Shown here: piece after piece, positions 9,538 to 19,744 of the stretch
Layout of the letters: each line of letters opens with the position of its first letter
How positions within the stretch are numbered: the stretch's first letter is position 1
Assembly (NCBI GenBank): GCA_947478395.1
Contig: CANJVR010000001.1
Location: 96,001-160,000 of the forward strand
Direction of reading: 5' to 3'
Length of the DNA stretch: 64,000 nt
Origin: Opitutia bacterium
GTDB lineage: Bacteria; Verrucomicrobiota; Verrucomicrobiia; Opitutales; Opitutaceae
Position numbers and translations under genes: made by a program
Notes under the pieces: model-generated
What the model was told of the DNA's origin: nothing
The model's input: only the letters and a program-made list of their open reading frames with translations
Database searches by the model: none

Positions 9538-12537
9538 TCAAGGCTTCGGGGGGTTCGTCCCAAGCGATCCGTTCGTCGAACTATCGCGCGGATTTCTCAT
9601 TTGCTGGAAGGGCACGCTGTCGACGACAGCGATCACCAAGTTCGAGAATTTGTCGTCGGCCTGAACCCGTTGCACGATTTTATCGGCGGCGATCCGATCG
9701 CTGCCGTGATCTTCCACGCCGCGGCCAAGCGCATAGGTCAGGATTTTCTGGGCGAGATTCCGGTAATAGTCGCCCCGGTTGGTGGTCGAAAGAATTTGGA
9801 TCAGAGAGAGGGCGCCATCGAACGACTCGCCGGAGACGAGTTTACCGGTCGCGTCCACGGCCGCTGGTTTTCCGCCTTCGGTTTCATGGTCCCGCCACTG
9901 CCCGGCGGCGTCGAAGTTTTCGAAGGCCATGCCGATCGGATCCATCAAGGCGTGGCAGGAGGCGCAGCGGGGATCTTTCCGGTGTTGCTCGATGCGCTGG
10001 CGGATGGTCAGGCCCGCTTGCTCGGGGGCGTCGACATTGTTCACGACGCCCGCCGGTGGCGCGGGGACCGGCGTGCCGAGGATGTTATCGAGCACGAACC
10101 GCCCGCGCTTCACCGGCGACGTGCGGGTCGGATTGGAGGTCGACACCAACAGGCTGCCCTGGCCAAGCACCCCGCGGCGCGGCGTGGCGGCGAGCGAGAC
10201 GCGCTGGAAACCTTCGCCCGTCACCGGCGGCAAACCGTAGAACTGGGCGAGGCGTTCGTTCACAAACGTGTAGTCGGCCGTCAGCAGTTCCAGGAGTGAA
10301 CGGTTCTCGCGCATGATGTGCGCGACGAAGAGCGCCGTTTCCTGCTGCATGTCGGCGCGGATGGTGGTGCTGAAGCGCGGAAACAAAGTCTTGTCCGGCT
10401 CGATCGCCGACAGCGCGCGGAACTGCAGCCACTGGCCGGCGAAATTATCCACGAGCGCCGAGGCCTTGGGCGAGGCCAGCATGCGCGCGACTTGGGCATT
10501 GAGTTGCCGGCGCAATTGTTTTTTCGCCGCGAGATCGAGCAAGGTGTCGTCCGGCACGCTGCTCCACAGGAAATAGGAAAGCCGAGTGGCGAGCGAAAAC
10601 TCGTCGATGGGCACGCCGACTCGAGCCGGCGTCGCATTCGCGTCCGGCTTCGCCGCCGCGACGCGATCGGCCTGGGGAAATTCGGCGCGCAGGAGAAAGT
10701 GCGGTGAGACGAGCACCGCCATGAGCGGAAGTTTGAGGGCCGCCTCGAAGCTCTCCTCGTCTTTGTCCCCTTGCGCAAAAAGCTGCATCAACCGATCAAG
10801 TTCGGCCTTCTCCGGCGGACGGCGCCAGGCGCGGAGCGCGAACCGGCCGAGTTGTTCGCGCGCCACGGTCAGCTTGTTTTGCGGCGATACTTTTTTCGCA
10901 AAGTAGTCCCGCATCACCGAAGAGATCGGCGGCACCGGGGCGGTGCCATCGACCTCGACTACTTCGAGACTATGCACGGTGAGGGTGCGCGCGCGGAGGT
11001 TGGGATTCGGGTTCTCGGGATCCGCCTCATAGTTGGAAAAAACCGCGGCCAGCGTTTTCTCGCCCGGCGTCAGGTGGGTGCGGATTTCATACCGCTCCGG
11101 CACCGCCACCAAGTGATCCGCGGGCGCGGTCCACGGCCGGCTCGTTTTGGCATTTTTGAAGGGCTGGTACGCGGAAGGCGCCAGCACGGGCCTGGCCCCC
11201 AGGGATTTTCCGTCGACGCGCAGGTCCATCACCGCCGGGTCCTTTCCCGCCTGAGTTGCTTCCGCGTAGACGCGCACGAGATAGTCGCCCGCTTTCGCCA
11301 CTTTGAATTTCATCGCCAGCTCCCCGTTGCCGCGGAACACGCGTGCGCCGGTCGGCGTGAATTCCCCCGGCCCCGTGACGGCCAGCTGCGCAGCCGGCAC
11401 CCGCGTGACCGCGCCTTGGCCGGGCCCGTCCACCCGGATCCATTTCACCCAGCTGATGCCGTTGGACTGCGGACCGACATAACGGGCCATCGTGTCGACC
11501 ACCTGCTCATGCTCACCCCCGCGATGCCGGCGCATGACCACGCGGAGGCGTTGCCGCCCAGCGAGCAGGCTCACTTTGCCGGTATACGTGGCGGGCGCAC
11601 CCTCGACCGCCTCGATGACAAACGCCTGTTGCACGGTGTCGTTCACATACAGCGAGAGCACGGGTTTTTCCGGCGGGGAATTGGGGATGGGGCCGGACGC
11701 ACCATAAATATTGCCGTCACGATCCTGGCCAAACGCGTGGAAGCTCACGGCATATTCGCCGGTGACGGGCACATCCATGTCCACGTTGATATCGCCTTCG
11801 AACAGGCTGAGAATCTGGACCCAGCCATCGCCGCGGTCACCCAGATCGTTGAAGCCGACCAACGCCTGGTTGGCGGGAAAATGCCACGTGGCACTGGTGA
11901 TGCGCTCGGTGGGGACGGCTTGGTCGAGGGCCTGTTGCGCCGCCTTCACATATTTGCCGAGCAGCATCGGCGAGAGCGACAGCACGTCGCTGATGTTGTC
12001 GAAGCCGTAGCCCGAATCGTCGGCGGGAAAATCGTCCGCCGGATGGAAGTCCACCCCGAGCAGGTCGCGGATGCTGTTGTTGTATTCGGTCCGGTTGAGG
12101 CGGTGAATCACCACCCGACCCGGATCGGGATTTTGCGCATCGGCTGCGTACAACTGCCGATCGATCCAATCCGCGAGCAGATCGCGCTCGGCCTTGGTCG
12201 GCAACACCTCCGCATTCTCGGGCGGCATCTGGCGATTCCGCACGTGCTCCATCGCCAACGTCCAGAGCTTGCGGTCGCCCGGCAGGTCGCTGCCGCTTTT
12301 GAAATCGGTCAGATGAAAATCCCCCTGGTCCTCAGTGCCGCCGAGCCCGTGACACTCGTAGCAGTATTTTTTCAGGAGCGGTTGGACGTCCCGCTCGAAG
12401 GTCGCCGTTTCCGCTGACGCCGCCGTCCGGAGCGGCGCCGGCGAGTTCGCGGCCGACGCGACGCTCGCGCCCGCCGCCAGCCAGCTGAGAAACATAGCCG
12501 CCGCCAACCCGCGACGCGGTGAACACATCCGGATCAT
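9538..12537 (-). CDS. Planctomycete-type cytochrome c / DUF1587-1595-1592-1588-1585 multidomain protein
   Basis: Signal peptide; two CxxCH motifs (CYECH, CASCH); HRLNRTEYNNSIRDLLG, GFDNI, LATRLSYFLWSS.PD, FAGQWL, RTSPVKRG, LTYALGRG. Confidence 0.88.
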   Translation of the reverse strand: MIRMCSPRRGLAAAMFLSWLAAGASVASAANSPAPLRTAASAETATFERDVQPLLKKYCYECHGLGGTEDQGDFHLTDFKSGSDLPGDRKLWTLAMEHVRNRQMPPENAEVLPTKAERDLLADWIDRQLYAADAQNPDPGRVVIHRLNRTEYNNSIRDLLGVDFHPADDFPADDSGYGFDNISDVLSLSPMLLGKYVKAAQQALDQAVPTERITSATWHFPANQALVGFNDLGDRGDGWVQILSLFEGDINVDMDVPVTGEYAVSFHAFGQDRDGNIYGASGPIPNSPPEKPVLSLYVNDTVQQAFVIEAVEGAPATYTGKVSLLAGRQRLRVVMRRHRGGEHEQVVDTMARYVGPQSNGISWVKWIRVDGPGQGAVTRVPAAQLAVTGPGEFTPTGARVFRGNGELAMKFKVAKAGDYLVRVYAEATQAGKDPAVMDLRVDGKSLGARPVLAPSAYQPFKNAKTSRPWTAPADHLVAVPERYEIRTHLTPGEKTLAAVFSNYEADPENPNPNLRARTLTVHSLEVVEVDGTAPVPPISSVMRDYFAKKVSPQNKLTVAREQLGRFALRAWRRPPEKAELDRLMQLFAQGDKDEESFEAALKLPLMAVLVSPHFLLRAEFPQADRVAAAKPDANATPARVGVPIDEFSLATRLSYFLWSSVPDDTLLDLAAKKQLRRQLNAQVARMLASPKASALVDNFAGQWLQFRALSAIEPDKTLFPRFSTTIRADMQQETALFVAHIMRENRSLLELLTADYTFVNERLAQFYGLPPVTGEGFQRVSLAATPRRGVLGQGSLLVSTSNPTRTSPVKRGRFVLDNILGTPVPAPPAGVVNNVDAPEQAGLTIRQRIEQHRKDPRCASCHALMDPIGMAFENFDAAGQWRDHETEGGKPAAVDATGKLVSGESFDGALSLIQILSTTNRGDYYRNLAQKILTYALGRGVEDHGSDRIAADKIVQRVQADDKFSNLVIAVVDSVPFQQMRNPRDSSTNGSLGTNPPKP

Positions 12538-12542
12538 CGGTT

Positions 12543-13925
12543 TCAGGCGGAAAAAATCTGATCAAAGGCGCCCGTGCTGTCGCCGATTTTTTCCGTCGGC
12601 ACGCCGAGGTTGGCGAGGAGCGAGCGATGGAAATTATTCATCGGGATGCCCTGGCGTCCCTGGCCCGCGGAAATGTGCCGGCCCGTGAGGATGCCGCCGC
12701 CGCCTTTGCCCGCCACGAGCACGGGCAGGTCGAAGTGGTTGTGGGCGTTACCGTCCGCGATGCAGCCACCGTAAACGATCGACGAGTTATCAAGCACGGT
12801 CCCCTCGCCCTCCTTGATCGACTTGAGGCGCGTCAGGAATTTTCCGAAGTGCGCCATGTGGTATTGGTTCACCCGGGAAATCTTCGCGATGCGCTCAGGA
12901 TCGTTCTTGTGATGGGAAATGTCGTGATGGCCATCCCGCACGTCCACCTGAGGATAAGGGCGGTTGCTGCCCTCATGACCGATGACGAACGTGGCCACGC
13001 GGGTGGCGTCCGTCTGAAACGCGAGCGCCATCACCTCGTACATCAGCGCGATGTGCTGCTCGAATTCGTAGTCCAGCGGCGCGCGGAATTCGCGCTTGTC
13101 GGCGGGCAGCCGGCCGGCGACCTCCTCCGCGGAGGCGATCTGGCGCTCGAGGTCGCGCACGGCGGAAAAATATTCGTCGAGTTTCTGGTTATCCGCCGCG
13201 CCGAGTTTTTTCTGCAGGGCCTTGGCGTCGTCGCGCACGAAGTCGAGCACGCTCAGCTTTTGCCGCTCGCGGCGGGCGCGCATTTCCTTGCTCACTCTTG
13301 GATCGCCCGCGCCAAAGAGCCGCTCGAACGCCAGGCGCGGATCCACCTCCGGATTCATGGGCATCGTCTCGGACTTCCAGGAAATGTTGAACTGGTAGAT
13401 GCAACTGTAGCCGGTGTCACAGGTGCCCGTGCGCGCCCCGCGATCGCAGCTCAGCTCGAGCGAGGGCAAGCGTGTCTGGTGGCCGATTTTGTTCGCGGCG
13501 ATCTGGTCCACCGAAATACCCAGCCGCACGTCGGCGCCCTCGGTCTTGAAGGCCCGGCAACCGGTGAGATAACTCGCGGCGGCCCGCGCGTGGTCCGCGC
13601 CGCCATCCGCGTTAGGCTGCGCCTGCGCGTGCGCGAGGCCGCTGACGACAAGCAGGTCGTTCTTGTGCTCGCTCACCTTCTGCAGGATGGCGGGCATTTC
13701 GTAATCGGGGCCGAGCGTCTTCGGCGTCCAATCGACCATGTTCATGCCGTTCGGGACGTAGACGTAAGCCAGTCTTTTGGGAAAACCCTTGGCGCCGACC
13801 GCAACTCCGCCGGTTTCCTGCCCGAACAAGCGAGCCCCCGGAATCATGCACTCCAAAACCGGCAACGCCATGACCGTGCCGACCCCACGAAGAAAGGTCC
13901 GGCGGGAAAGTTCGTGTTTTTTCAT
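12543..13925 (-). CDS. DUF1552 family protein (Tat-exported)
   Basis: SRRTFLRGVG..MALP.LE, YVPNG, ISVDQIAA, SLELSC, AFERLFG, LAFQTDATRV, HHDISHH, TVLDNS. Confidence 0.88.
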   Translation of the reverse strand: MKKHELSRRTFLRGVGTVMALPVLECMIPGARLFGQETGGVAVGAKGFPKRLAYVYVPNGMNMVDWTPKTLGPDYEMPAILQKVSEHKNDLLVVSGLAHAQAQPNADGGADHARAAASYLTGCRAFKTEGADVRLGISVDQIAANKIGHQTRLPSLELSCDRGARTGTCDTGYSCIYQFNISWKSETMPMNPEVDPRLAFERLFGAGDPRVSKEMRARRERQKLSVLDFVRDDAKALQKKLGAADNQKLDEYFSAVRDLERQIASAEEVAGRLPADKREFRAPLDYEFEQHIALMYEVMALAFQTDATRVATFVIGHEGSNRPYPQVDVRDGHHDISHHKNDPERIAKISRVNQYHMAHFGKFLTRLKSIKEGEGTVLDNSSIVYGGCIADGNAHNHFDLPVLVAGKGGGGILTGRHISAGQGRQGIPMNNFHRSLLANLGVPTEKIGDSTGAFDQIFSA

Positions 13926-14189
13926 AACGGCACGAGGGGAAAACGAGGGGGTTATCGGGGTAACAGCACGCTGGCGAACTCCCCACAAAGGGACGGCGAG
14001 TGGCAGCGTCAACCTGCGAAAAGTTATACTCCGATGTCGGGCATCGCACCATGGCGGACATCGTTGACCCTTTTAAAATCGCAAGCGCTCCGCTGCGGGC
14101 GCGATCCGCGAAAAAGGCTCCCTCGGAGTTGAGAATCGGACGGGGTTTGCCTCACGCCCCGCCGACGCCAAACTCCTCTTCGCCCCTCG

Positions 14190-15368
14190 ATGAAATCCTC
14201 CATTCCCTCCATCACGGCGACCCTGGTCGCCCTCGCCTCCATGTCCGCCCCGCTCATTGCCGCCGAAACCACCGCCAAGCCCTCCCGCGAGTTCTTCGCC
14301 TATTTCGGCACTGGACGCGCCGGCGCGAACACCGGCTTCTCGATCGCGAACTTCAACTCCGACACCGGCGTGCTCACGGCGCCGACCGTCTCGCCCACCG
14401 TCGCGGCGCCGAGCATTTTCATTTTTTCGCCCGATGGCCGCCACCTCTACACCTGCTATCCCGGCCGCACGTTTCAGGGTCAGCCCGGCGGTGGCGTCGG
14501 CGCGTTTGCCGTGGATCCGGCTACGGGTGCCCTGACCGCGCTCAACACCGCGCTCTCCGGCGGCGCCGACCCTGGGTTTCTCAGCCTCGACCGCACGGGC
14601 CGCTTCCTCTTCGTCGCGAATTACAACGGCGGCAACGTTGCCGCGTTTGCCCTGCAGCCCGACGGCAGCCTCGGCAAGCGCACCTTCTTCGACCAGCACA
14701 CGGGCCAGAGCGTTCATCCCACCCGTCAGGGGCACGCCTACTGCGAGGTCATCTTCACCGACTCGACCAACCGCTACGTCGTCTCGACCGATCTCGGGCT
14801 CGACCAGATTTTCGTTTATCGCTTCGACGAAAAAACCGGCGCGCTCACGCCGGCCGAAACTCCCTTCGCCACCATCGCTCCTGGCTCGGGTCCACGCCAC
14901 GCAATCTTCGGTCGGGACGAAAAATTTCTCTACGTCGTCGGCGAGATGAGCAGCACCGTCACGACCTACGCTTGGGACGCCACAAAGGGGACATTAAAGG
15001 AAGGGCAGACGATCTCGACCCTGCCAGATGATTTCAAGGCCAACAACAATCCCGCCGAGCTCCTAGTCCACGCCAACGGCAAATTCCTCTACGCGTCCAA
15101 CCGCGGCCACGACAGCCTCGTGGTTTTCGCGATCGACGAAAAGACCGGCCGCCTGAGCCTCGTGCAGCATGTTTCCACCGGCGGCAAGACCCCGCGCTGT
15201 TTCTCCTTCGACCCGACCGGTCGCTGGATCGTCGTCTCCAACCAAGCCAGCGACAACGCCGTCGTCTTCCGCGTGGACGCGACCACCGGTAAGCTCACGC
15301 CGCAGGGCGACCCCGTCCCGATGCCGAATCCGCTGCAAGCGCAGTTCCTGGCCCGGCCCGCAAAATAG
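14190..15368 (+). CDS. pgl: Lactonase, 6-phosphogluconolactonase (Pgl/YbhE) family beta-propeller
   Basis: FVANYNGG, DLGLD, GSGPRH, LYASNRGHDS, GKTPR.F, SNQASD; signal peptide. Confidence 0.88.
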   Translation: MKSSIPSITATLVALASMSAPLIAAETTAKPSREFFAYFGTGRAGANTGFSIANFNSDTGVLTAPTVSPTVAAPSIFIFSPDGRHLYTCYPGRTFQGQPGGGVGAFAVDPATGALTALNTALSGGADPGFLSLDRTGRFLFVANYNGGNVAAFALQPDGSLGKRTFFDQHTGQSVHPTRQGHAYCEVIFTDSTNRYVVSTDLGLDQIFVYRFDEKTGALTPAETPFATIAPGSGPRHAIFGRDEKFLYVVGEMSSTVTTYAWDATKGTLKEGQTISTLPDDFKANNNPAELLVHANGKFLYASNRGHDSLVVFAIDEKTGRLSLVQHVSTGGKTPRCFSFDPTGRWIVVSNQASDNAVVFRVDATTGKLTPQGDPVPMPNPLQAQFLARPAK

Positions 15369-15687
15369 GGCGGACGAGGGAGGGAACAGCTCTCCGCGCC
15401 GTCCGTAGTTCGAAAGCAGATCGTGACGAATACCGCGGAGAGGCATCCCGACCGTCTGATTCGGCTCTTTTTCACTCGGGCTTCGGAGTTAACGATGCGA
15501 AGAGTTTCGTTTCTGCCTCAGGAAAGGTAAGGTCGTTTTTTCTTTGTATTGTCGGATCTGCCATAACAACCGAACGCCGCCGGGTCGCTTGTATCCGAGG
15601 GCGTCGAACCACTTGACGGACGCAGGCCGTGTACTTTCCAGCATCGTCAATACCTGCGAAGTGATTCAAAGCCGCGCGGTTGATGAC

Positions 15688-15876
15688 ATGCTGACGACCT
15701 TGGCGCGGAAGTTAGACTTACTGCTGAGACTCAAGCTTGAGGTAGAGTTAAGTGCGCGAGTGATGGGCAAAAATGCCGCTGAAATAAACGTCGAAGGCGC
15801 CTTAATCGTGGATGAAATTCGCGAGGTGATTAATTCTAACATCGCGCCATTTGAGAGCGACTTAGTCGCTCGATAG
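15688..15876 (+). CDS. Possible short helical hypothetical protein or gene remnant in a low-GC patch
   Basis: MLTTLARKLDLLLRLKLEVE... is amphipathic but has atypical codon usage. No recognisable family. Confidence 0.25.
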   Translation: MLTTLARKLDLLLRLKLEVELSARVMGKNAAEINVEGALIVDEIREVINSNIAPFESDLVAR

Positions 15877-15975
15877 AATTCTAAGCACGGCAAAATTAAA
15901 GCACCGCCAAGTTTTGATCGCAGACCTGATCCACCAGAGCGAAAAAAGTCATCTGCGCCGTCTAAAAGATTAGGC

Positions 15976-16013
15976 GTTTTGTTAGCACTTTACCCCGTTT
16001 TTGTTAGCACTTT
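15976..16013. repeat. Tandem direct repeat ttttgttagcacttt x2 (candidate integrase arm sites)
   Basis: Two copies about 22 bp apart, roughly 60-100 bp downstream of the tRNA-Gly 3' end. Confidence 0.6.
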
Positions 16014-16022
16014 TCCAGCGCT

Positions 16023-16066
16023 AAAACAAAAAAGCCCCAGCTAACGTTTTCGTTAACTGAGGCTTA
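16023..16066 (-). terminator. Hairpin plus U-tract after tRNA-Gly
   Basis: Minus strand reads aagcctcagttaacg-aaaa-cgttagctggggctt-tttttg. Confidence 0.7.
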
Positions 16067-16074
16067 TCTTAAAA

Positions 16075-16150
16075 TGGAGCGGGCGAAGAGACTCGAACTC
16101 TCGACATCTTCCTTGGCAAGGAAGTGCTCTACCAACTGAGCTACACCCGC
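16075..16150 (-). tRNA. tRNA-Gly(GCC)
   Basis: gcgggtgtagctcagttggtagagcacttccttGCCaaggaag...ttcgagtctc...ccgctCCA cloverleaf. Confidence 0.97.
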
Positions 16151-16566
16151 AAACAGGAGGGGTAGAAGTAGGCCCCGCTTCACTTCCGTCAATAGCTTTT
16201 TTCGAGGTACCGCTCGTCGACGCGCCAAAGCTCCATTTAAGCGTATTCCTGCCGTAGAATCCAACTCAGCACGGTCCGGGCGGGCCTTGAACACCAGATT
16301 GGCGCCGTCCCCCGGTCGCTCTGCCCACGCAGCGCACCCCAGGCTGCACCGGACCGAGGAACGGATCGTCGAACGCGATAGGGGCATGATCGGAAAATCG
16401 CCGCGCGCACAGCCAAGCGCTGAATCCAACGCGCGCCGGCGGCGACTTCGGTCCGGCCGAATCAAGTCCTACGCGGTGAGCGGACAGCTCATGGGAGCGC
16501 GGGCCCTCGTCCGCCGATTTCTGCGCAGCGCTGGGGCCGGGGGCGGCCGTGCTCCCGGGGTGACGC

Positions 16567-17970
16567 TCACTTGTCGGTCACGTCCAGCTCGGGAAATTGC
16601 GCGAGTTTGCGGTGCAGCGTGCGGCGGCTGACACCCATGAGCTCCGCGGCCTTGGTCCGATTGCCGCGCGACTTCAACAACGCCTCGCGCAACAGGCGCT
16701 TCTCGGTTTCCTCGACGGAAAATGGATTGGCGGCGGGCTGGGCCGAGGCGATTCCGCTCGGTGGCGCGGCGGCTCCGGGCACCGCCGAGGCGCCGCGAAA
16801 TTTGGGTTCGAGATCGTACTCCGTGAGCTTTCCGCCGCGACGGAGAACGACGGCGTTCTCGCAAAAATTCCGCAGTTCCCGGATGTTACCCGGCCACGGA
16901 TAAGAGCGCAGGGTGGCGATCGCGCCGGGCTCCAGCGTGAGCGGAGGATGGCCGTTTTCCTCGGAGAAAAATTTCAGATAATGCGCGAGCAGCGGAGGGA
17001 TATCGTCGGGCCGGGCGCGCAGCGGGGGCAGCTCGATGCGCACGACATTCAGTCGGAAAAAGAGATCTTCGCGAAATTTGCCTTCGCGGACCAGCGTTTC
17101 GAGCGAACGGTTCGTCGCCGCCACGAGGCGCACATCGAGATCAATCGGCTTCGATCCGCCAACGCGCTCGATCGATTTGGTTTCGAGAAAACGCAGCAGC
17201 TTCACCTGGATCGCGAGCGAGATCTCGCCGATTTCGTCGAGGAACAGCGTGCCGCCCACCGCGGCCTCGAAGCGGCCGATACGCCGTTCGATCGCCCCGG
17301 TGAAAGCGCCGCGTTCGTGACCGAACAGTTCGCTCTCCAACAAGGATTCCGAGAGCGCGGCGCAGTGCACGGCGACAAACGGAGCGCGGGCGCGTGGACT
17401 GGCCTGATGGATGGCTTGCGCGATCAGCTCCTTGCCCGTGCCGGATTCACCCTCGATGAGCACGGTGGCACGGGAGGGCGCGACCAGTTTCACCCGATCG
17501 AGGACCGAGACCAGATTCGGGGAATTACCAACAATGCCGCTGAAGCTGAATTTTTCATCGAGCCGCTCGTGCAATTGCTGCACCTCGACCTCGAGCGTTT
17601 TGGTTTTGAGCGCGCGCTGGATGAGAACTTCGAGGCGCTCGATATTGACCGGCTTGGTCATGAAATCGACTGCGCCGCGTTTCATCGCCTCGACCGCGGA
17701 TTCGACGTTGCCGTACGCCGTCATCATCAGCACGGCCGGGCGCTGCGGCAGAGCGAGCGCTTTATCGATCACCTTGAGTCCGGATTTGCCGGGCATCCGC
17801 AAGTCGGTGAGCACCACATCAAATGGCTGGGCGTCGAGCAGATTGAAGGCCTCGTCCGCGCTGGCGGCGACCGAGACATCGTAATTTTCAGCCAGTGCCT
17901 GCTGCAGCCCTTCGCGGGTGTGTTTCTCGTCGTCGACGATGAGCACGCTGGGAACCATGGAACGATTCAC
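16567..17970 (-). CDS. Sigma-54-dependent NtrC/AtoC-family response regulator
   Basis: REC domain (LIVDDE, TDLRMP, KP), AAA+ domain (GESGTGKE, GAFTGA, LFLDEI, WPGNIREL) and Fis-type HTH. Confidence 0.95.
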   Translation of the reverse strand: MNRSMVPSVLIVDDEKHTREGLQQALAENYDVSVAASADEAFNLLDAQPFDVVLTDLRMPGKSGLKVIDKALALPQRPAVLMMTAYGNVESAVEAMKRGAVDFMTKPVNIERLEVLIQRALKTKTLEVEVQQLHERLDEKFSFSGIVGNSPNLVSVLDRVKLVAPSRATVLIEGESGTGKELIAQAIHQASPRARAPFVAVHCAALSESLLESELFGHERGAFTGAIERRIGRFEAAVGGTLFLDEIGEISLAIQVKLLRFLETKSIERVGGSKPIDLDVRLVAATNRSLETLVREGKFREDLFFRLNVVRIELPPLRARPDDIPPLLAHYLKFFSEENGHPPLTLEPGAIATLRSYPWPGNIRELRNFCENAVVLRRGGKLTEYDLEPKFRGASAVPGAAAPPSGIASAQPAANPFSVEETEKRLLREALLKSRGNRTKAAELMGVSRRTLHRKLAQFPELDVTDK

Positions 17971-18110
17971 GCGGCGTCACTCTGCCCGGTCAAGCTCGCG
18001 GCCATGCCGCGACGGCTAATTTAAACGGTCAACGCCGCTACATCAGCCGACCGGTCCCGGGCGGCTGATGGTCTTAAAACCGCCAACGCTCCCGCGGAAA
18101 CCGGCGGTGA

Positions 18111-18815
18111 TCAATTGCGCGGGGCCGGCTTAGCCTGCGCCGCCGGAGTGGAAACAGGATGATCCAGCAAGCGCTGCACGGATGTCGCCAGCGAGGTAAG
18201 TTTGAAAGTCGGCGGCGGAGTTGAATCCACCAGCGCCAGATATTTTTCGCGGCGGGCCTGGAGTAAGCGTTTCAACTCAGCGGTCTGCGCGGCATCCAGT
18301 TTGAGATCCTTGGTGGTTCGTTCCAAGCGTTCGGAGAACGACACGATCCAGAAGGCGTTCTCAAAGGGCCGCTGGCGAAGCCGCGCGATCTCCTCTTCGC
18401 TCAATGGCGCCAGGGACGCAGCGGTGGCTTTCGACTCATTCTCGGCCCGGCGTTTTTGAAACGCGGCCGCTTTGGTTTCATAGATTTGCTTCTGCTCGCC
18501 GTTCAGCAACGCCACCAGCCCCGCATTGAATTCCCGGTCCAGTTCGTCGAGCCGGTGCCGGTAAGCCTCGATCTGGGGTTTTAATTTATCGATATCCTCG
18601 CGCAATTTGGCGCGATCGTAGGGCTTGGCGGAGTTTTGCGCGGCCGCGGCGCGCGCCGCATTCTTGTCGGGCACCTGGCCACTGGTGAACTCGCCCAAGA
18701 GCGGAGCCGGAGGCGGCGGAATCGGCCTGTGTTGTTCCGACCACAGGCCGCCGGCAAAACCGGCCCCGAAAACAACAATCGTGAGGCAGGCCACGATGAG
18801 GCGTTGCTTAATCAT
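18111..18815 (-). CDS. Membrane-anchored periplasmic helical protein (Spy/CpxP/CnrX-like)
   Basis: N-terminal TM (VVFGAGFAGGLW), helical repeats resembling LTxxQ (LNGEQK, LDAAQ); last gene of the ECF operon. Confidence 0.6.
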   Translation of the reverse strand: MIKQRLIVACLTIVVFGAGFAGGLWSEQHRPIPPPPAPLLGEFTSGQVPDKNAARAAAAQNSAKPYDRAKLREDIDKLKPQIEAYRHRLDELDREFNAGLVALLNGEQKQIYETKAAAFQKRRAENESKATAASLAPLSEEEIARLRQRPFENAFWIVSFSERLERTTKDLKLDAAQTAELKRLLQARREKYLALVDSTPPPTFKLTSLATSVQRLLDHPVSTPAAQAKPAPRN

Positions 18816-19087
18816 AGCGTGGCGGCGAGGTCTTCCGCTTCGTCTGCGAGTTGTTGCCATCCCGGCGTGTTGAGATCGCCGTCGGACACGGCGGCGGGGC
18901 TGAATAATGCCACAGCGGCCAGACACAGGGCGGCGGTCGCAGCGCTCAACGCGCAATAACTCAGAAACGTGGGCGCAGCGTCCACTCCGGCCCGCGCGAC
19001 GCGTACGACGCGATCGGCAAATCCCGGCGAAATTCGCGAGGCGGCGACCCGGTGTAATTGCTCCCAGGCGTATTGTTCAGTTTTCAT
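18812..19087 (-). CDS. Putative anti-sigma factor (small, single TM)
   Basis: SPGFADRV motif followed by one TM helix; overlaps the sigma factor stop. Confidence 0.65.
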   Translation of the reverse strand: MKTEQYAWEQLHRVAASRISPGFADRVVRVARAGVDAAPTFLSYCALSAATAALCLAAVALFSPAAVSDGDLNTPGWQQLADEAEDLAATL

Positions 19088-19625
19088 GGTGCGGTTGATA
19101 ATGATCTCGAAGATGTTCGCGAGCGCGGTGGAGACGAGCTTTCACCGCGGCAACGCTGGTGCCAAGGGTCTCGGCGATCTCCGCATGACTGCGACCTTCC
19201 TGCACCAAAGCCAGGAGGGCGCGATCCTGCGGCCGGAGCTGGGCGAGGGCGTGCCGCAGTGCGTCGAGCTCCTCGGAATCGACGGCGCCGGTCGGCTCCG
19301 GGACGTCTTCATGCTCGGGCGAAAAAGGCAGAAAAATGCGGCGCAGCTTCTGGCGGCGGAGGTGGTCGATGCACGTGTTGCGCGCGAGTCGAAAGAGCCA
19401 CGATTCAAACTGCTCGGGTGCCTGCAGCCGGTCGAGGGCGCGGACCATTTTGATGAAGACGAGCTGGGCGATGTCCTCGATTGCATCGCTGCGCCCGATG
19501 ATGGCGTAAACGAAACCAGCCACCCGGCGCTGATAGGCGACGATGAGGTCGCGCTGGGCATCGGGGGCACCGCGCTGAGCGCGGCGTACGAGGTCGACCA
19601 GTTGGGTCGGCGAAGTTGGTTCCAT
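19077..19625 (-). CDS. ECF RNA polymerase sigma factor
   Basis: EDIAQLVF, FESWLFRLARN.CID, region 4 EIAETLG.S...VKARLHRAR. Confidence 0.93.
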   Translation of the reverse strand: MEPTSPTQLVDLVRRAQRGAPDAQRDLIVAYQRRVAGFVYAIIGRSDAIEDIAQLVFIKMVRALDRLQAPEQFESWLFRLARNTCIDHLRRQKLRRIFLPFSPEHEDVPEPTGAVDSEELDALRHALAQLRPQDRALLALVQEGRSHAEIAETLGTSVAAVKARLHRAREHLRDHYQPHHEN

Positions 19626-19744
19626 GCAGTGGGCATTGCGATCTCCAGCATAGACGCGGGAGCGTATCTGAGGATGCGAGGTTTCGATGAGGCGCCCAAC
19701 AGATTGAGGCAACATTTCCCGAAAAAATTAATCTGTATGCTCTC

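Noticed and set aside
10771..14132. Long + strand ORFs (548 aa, 537 aa)
   Set aside because: Antisense shadows of the DUF1592 and DUF1552 genes, typical of high-GC DNA; no motifs.
15976..16013. CIRCE (HrcA) operator, because of TTAGCACT
   Set aside because: The copies are direct rather than inverted with a 9-bp spacer, and no chaperone gene is nearby.
16597..18024. 475-aa + strand ORF
   Set aside because: Antisense to the clear NtrC-family gene.
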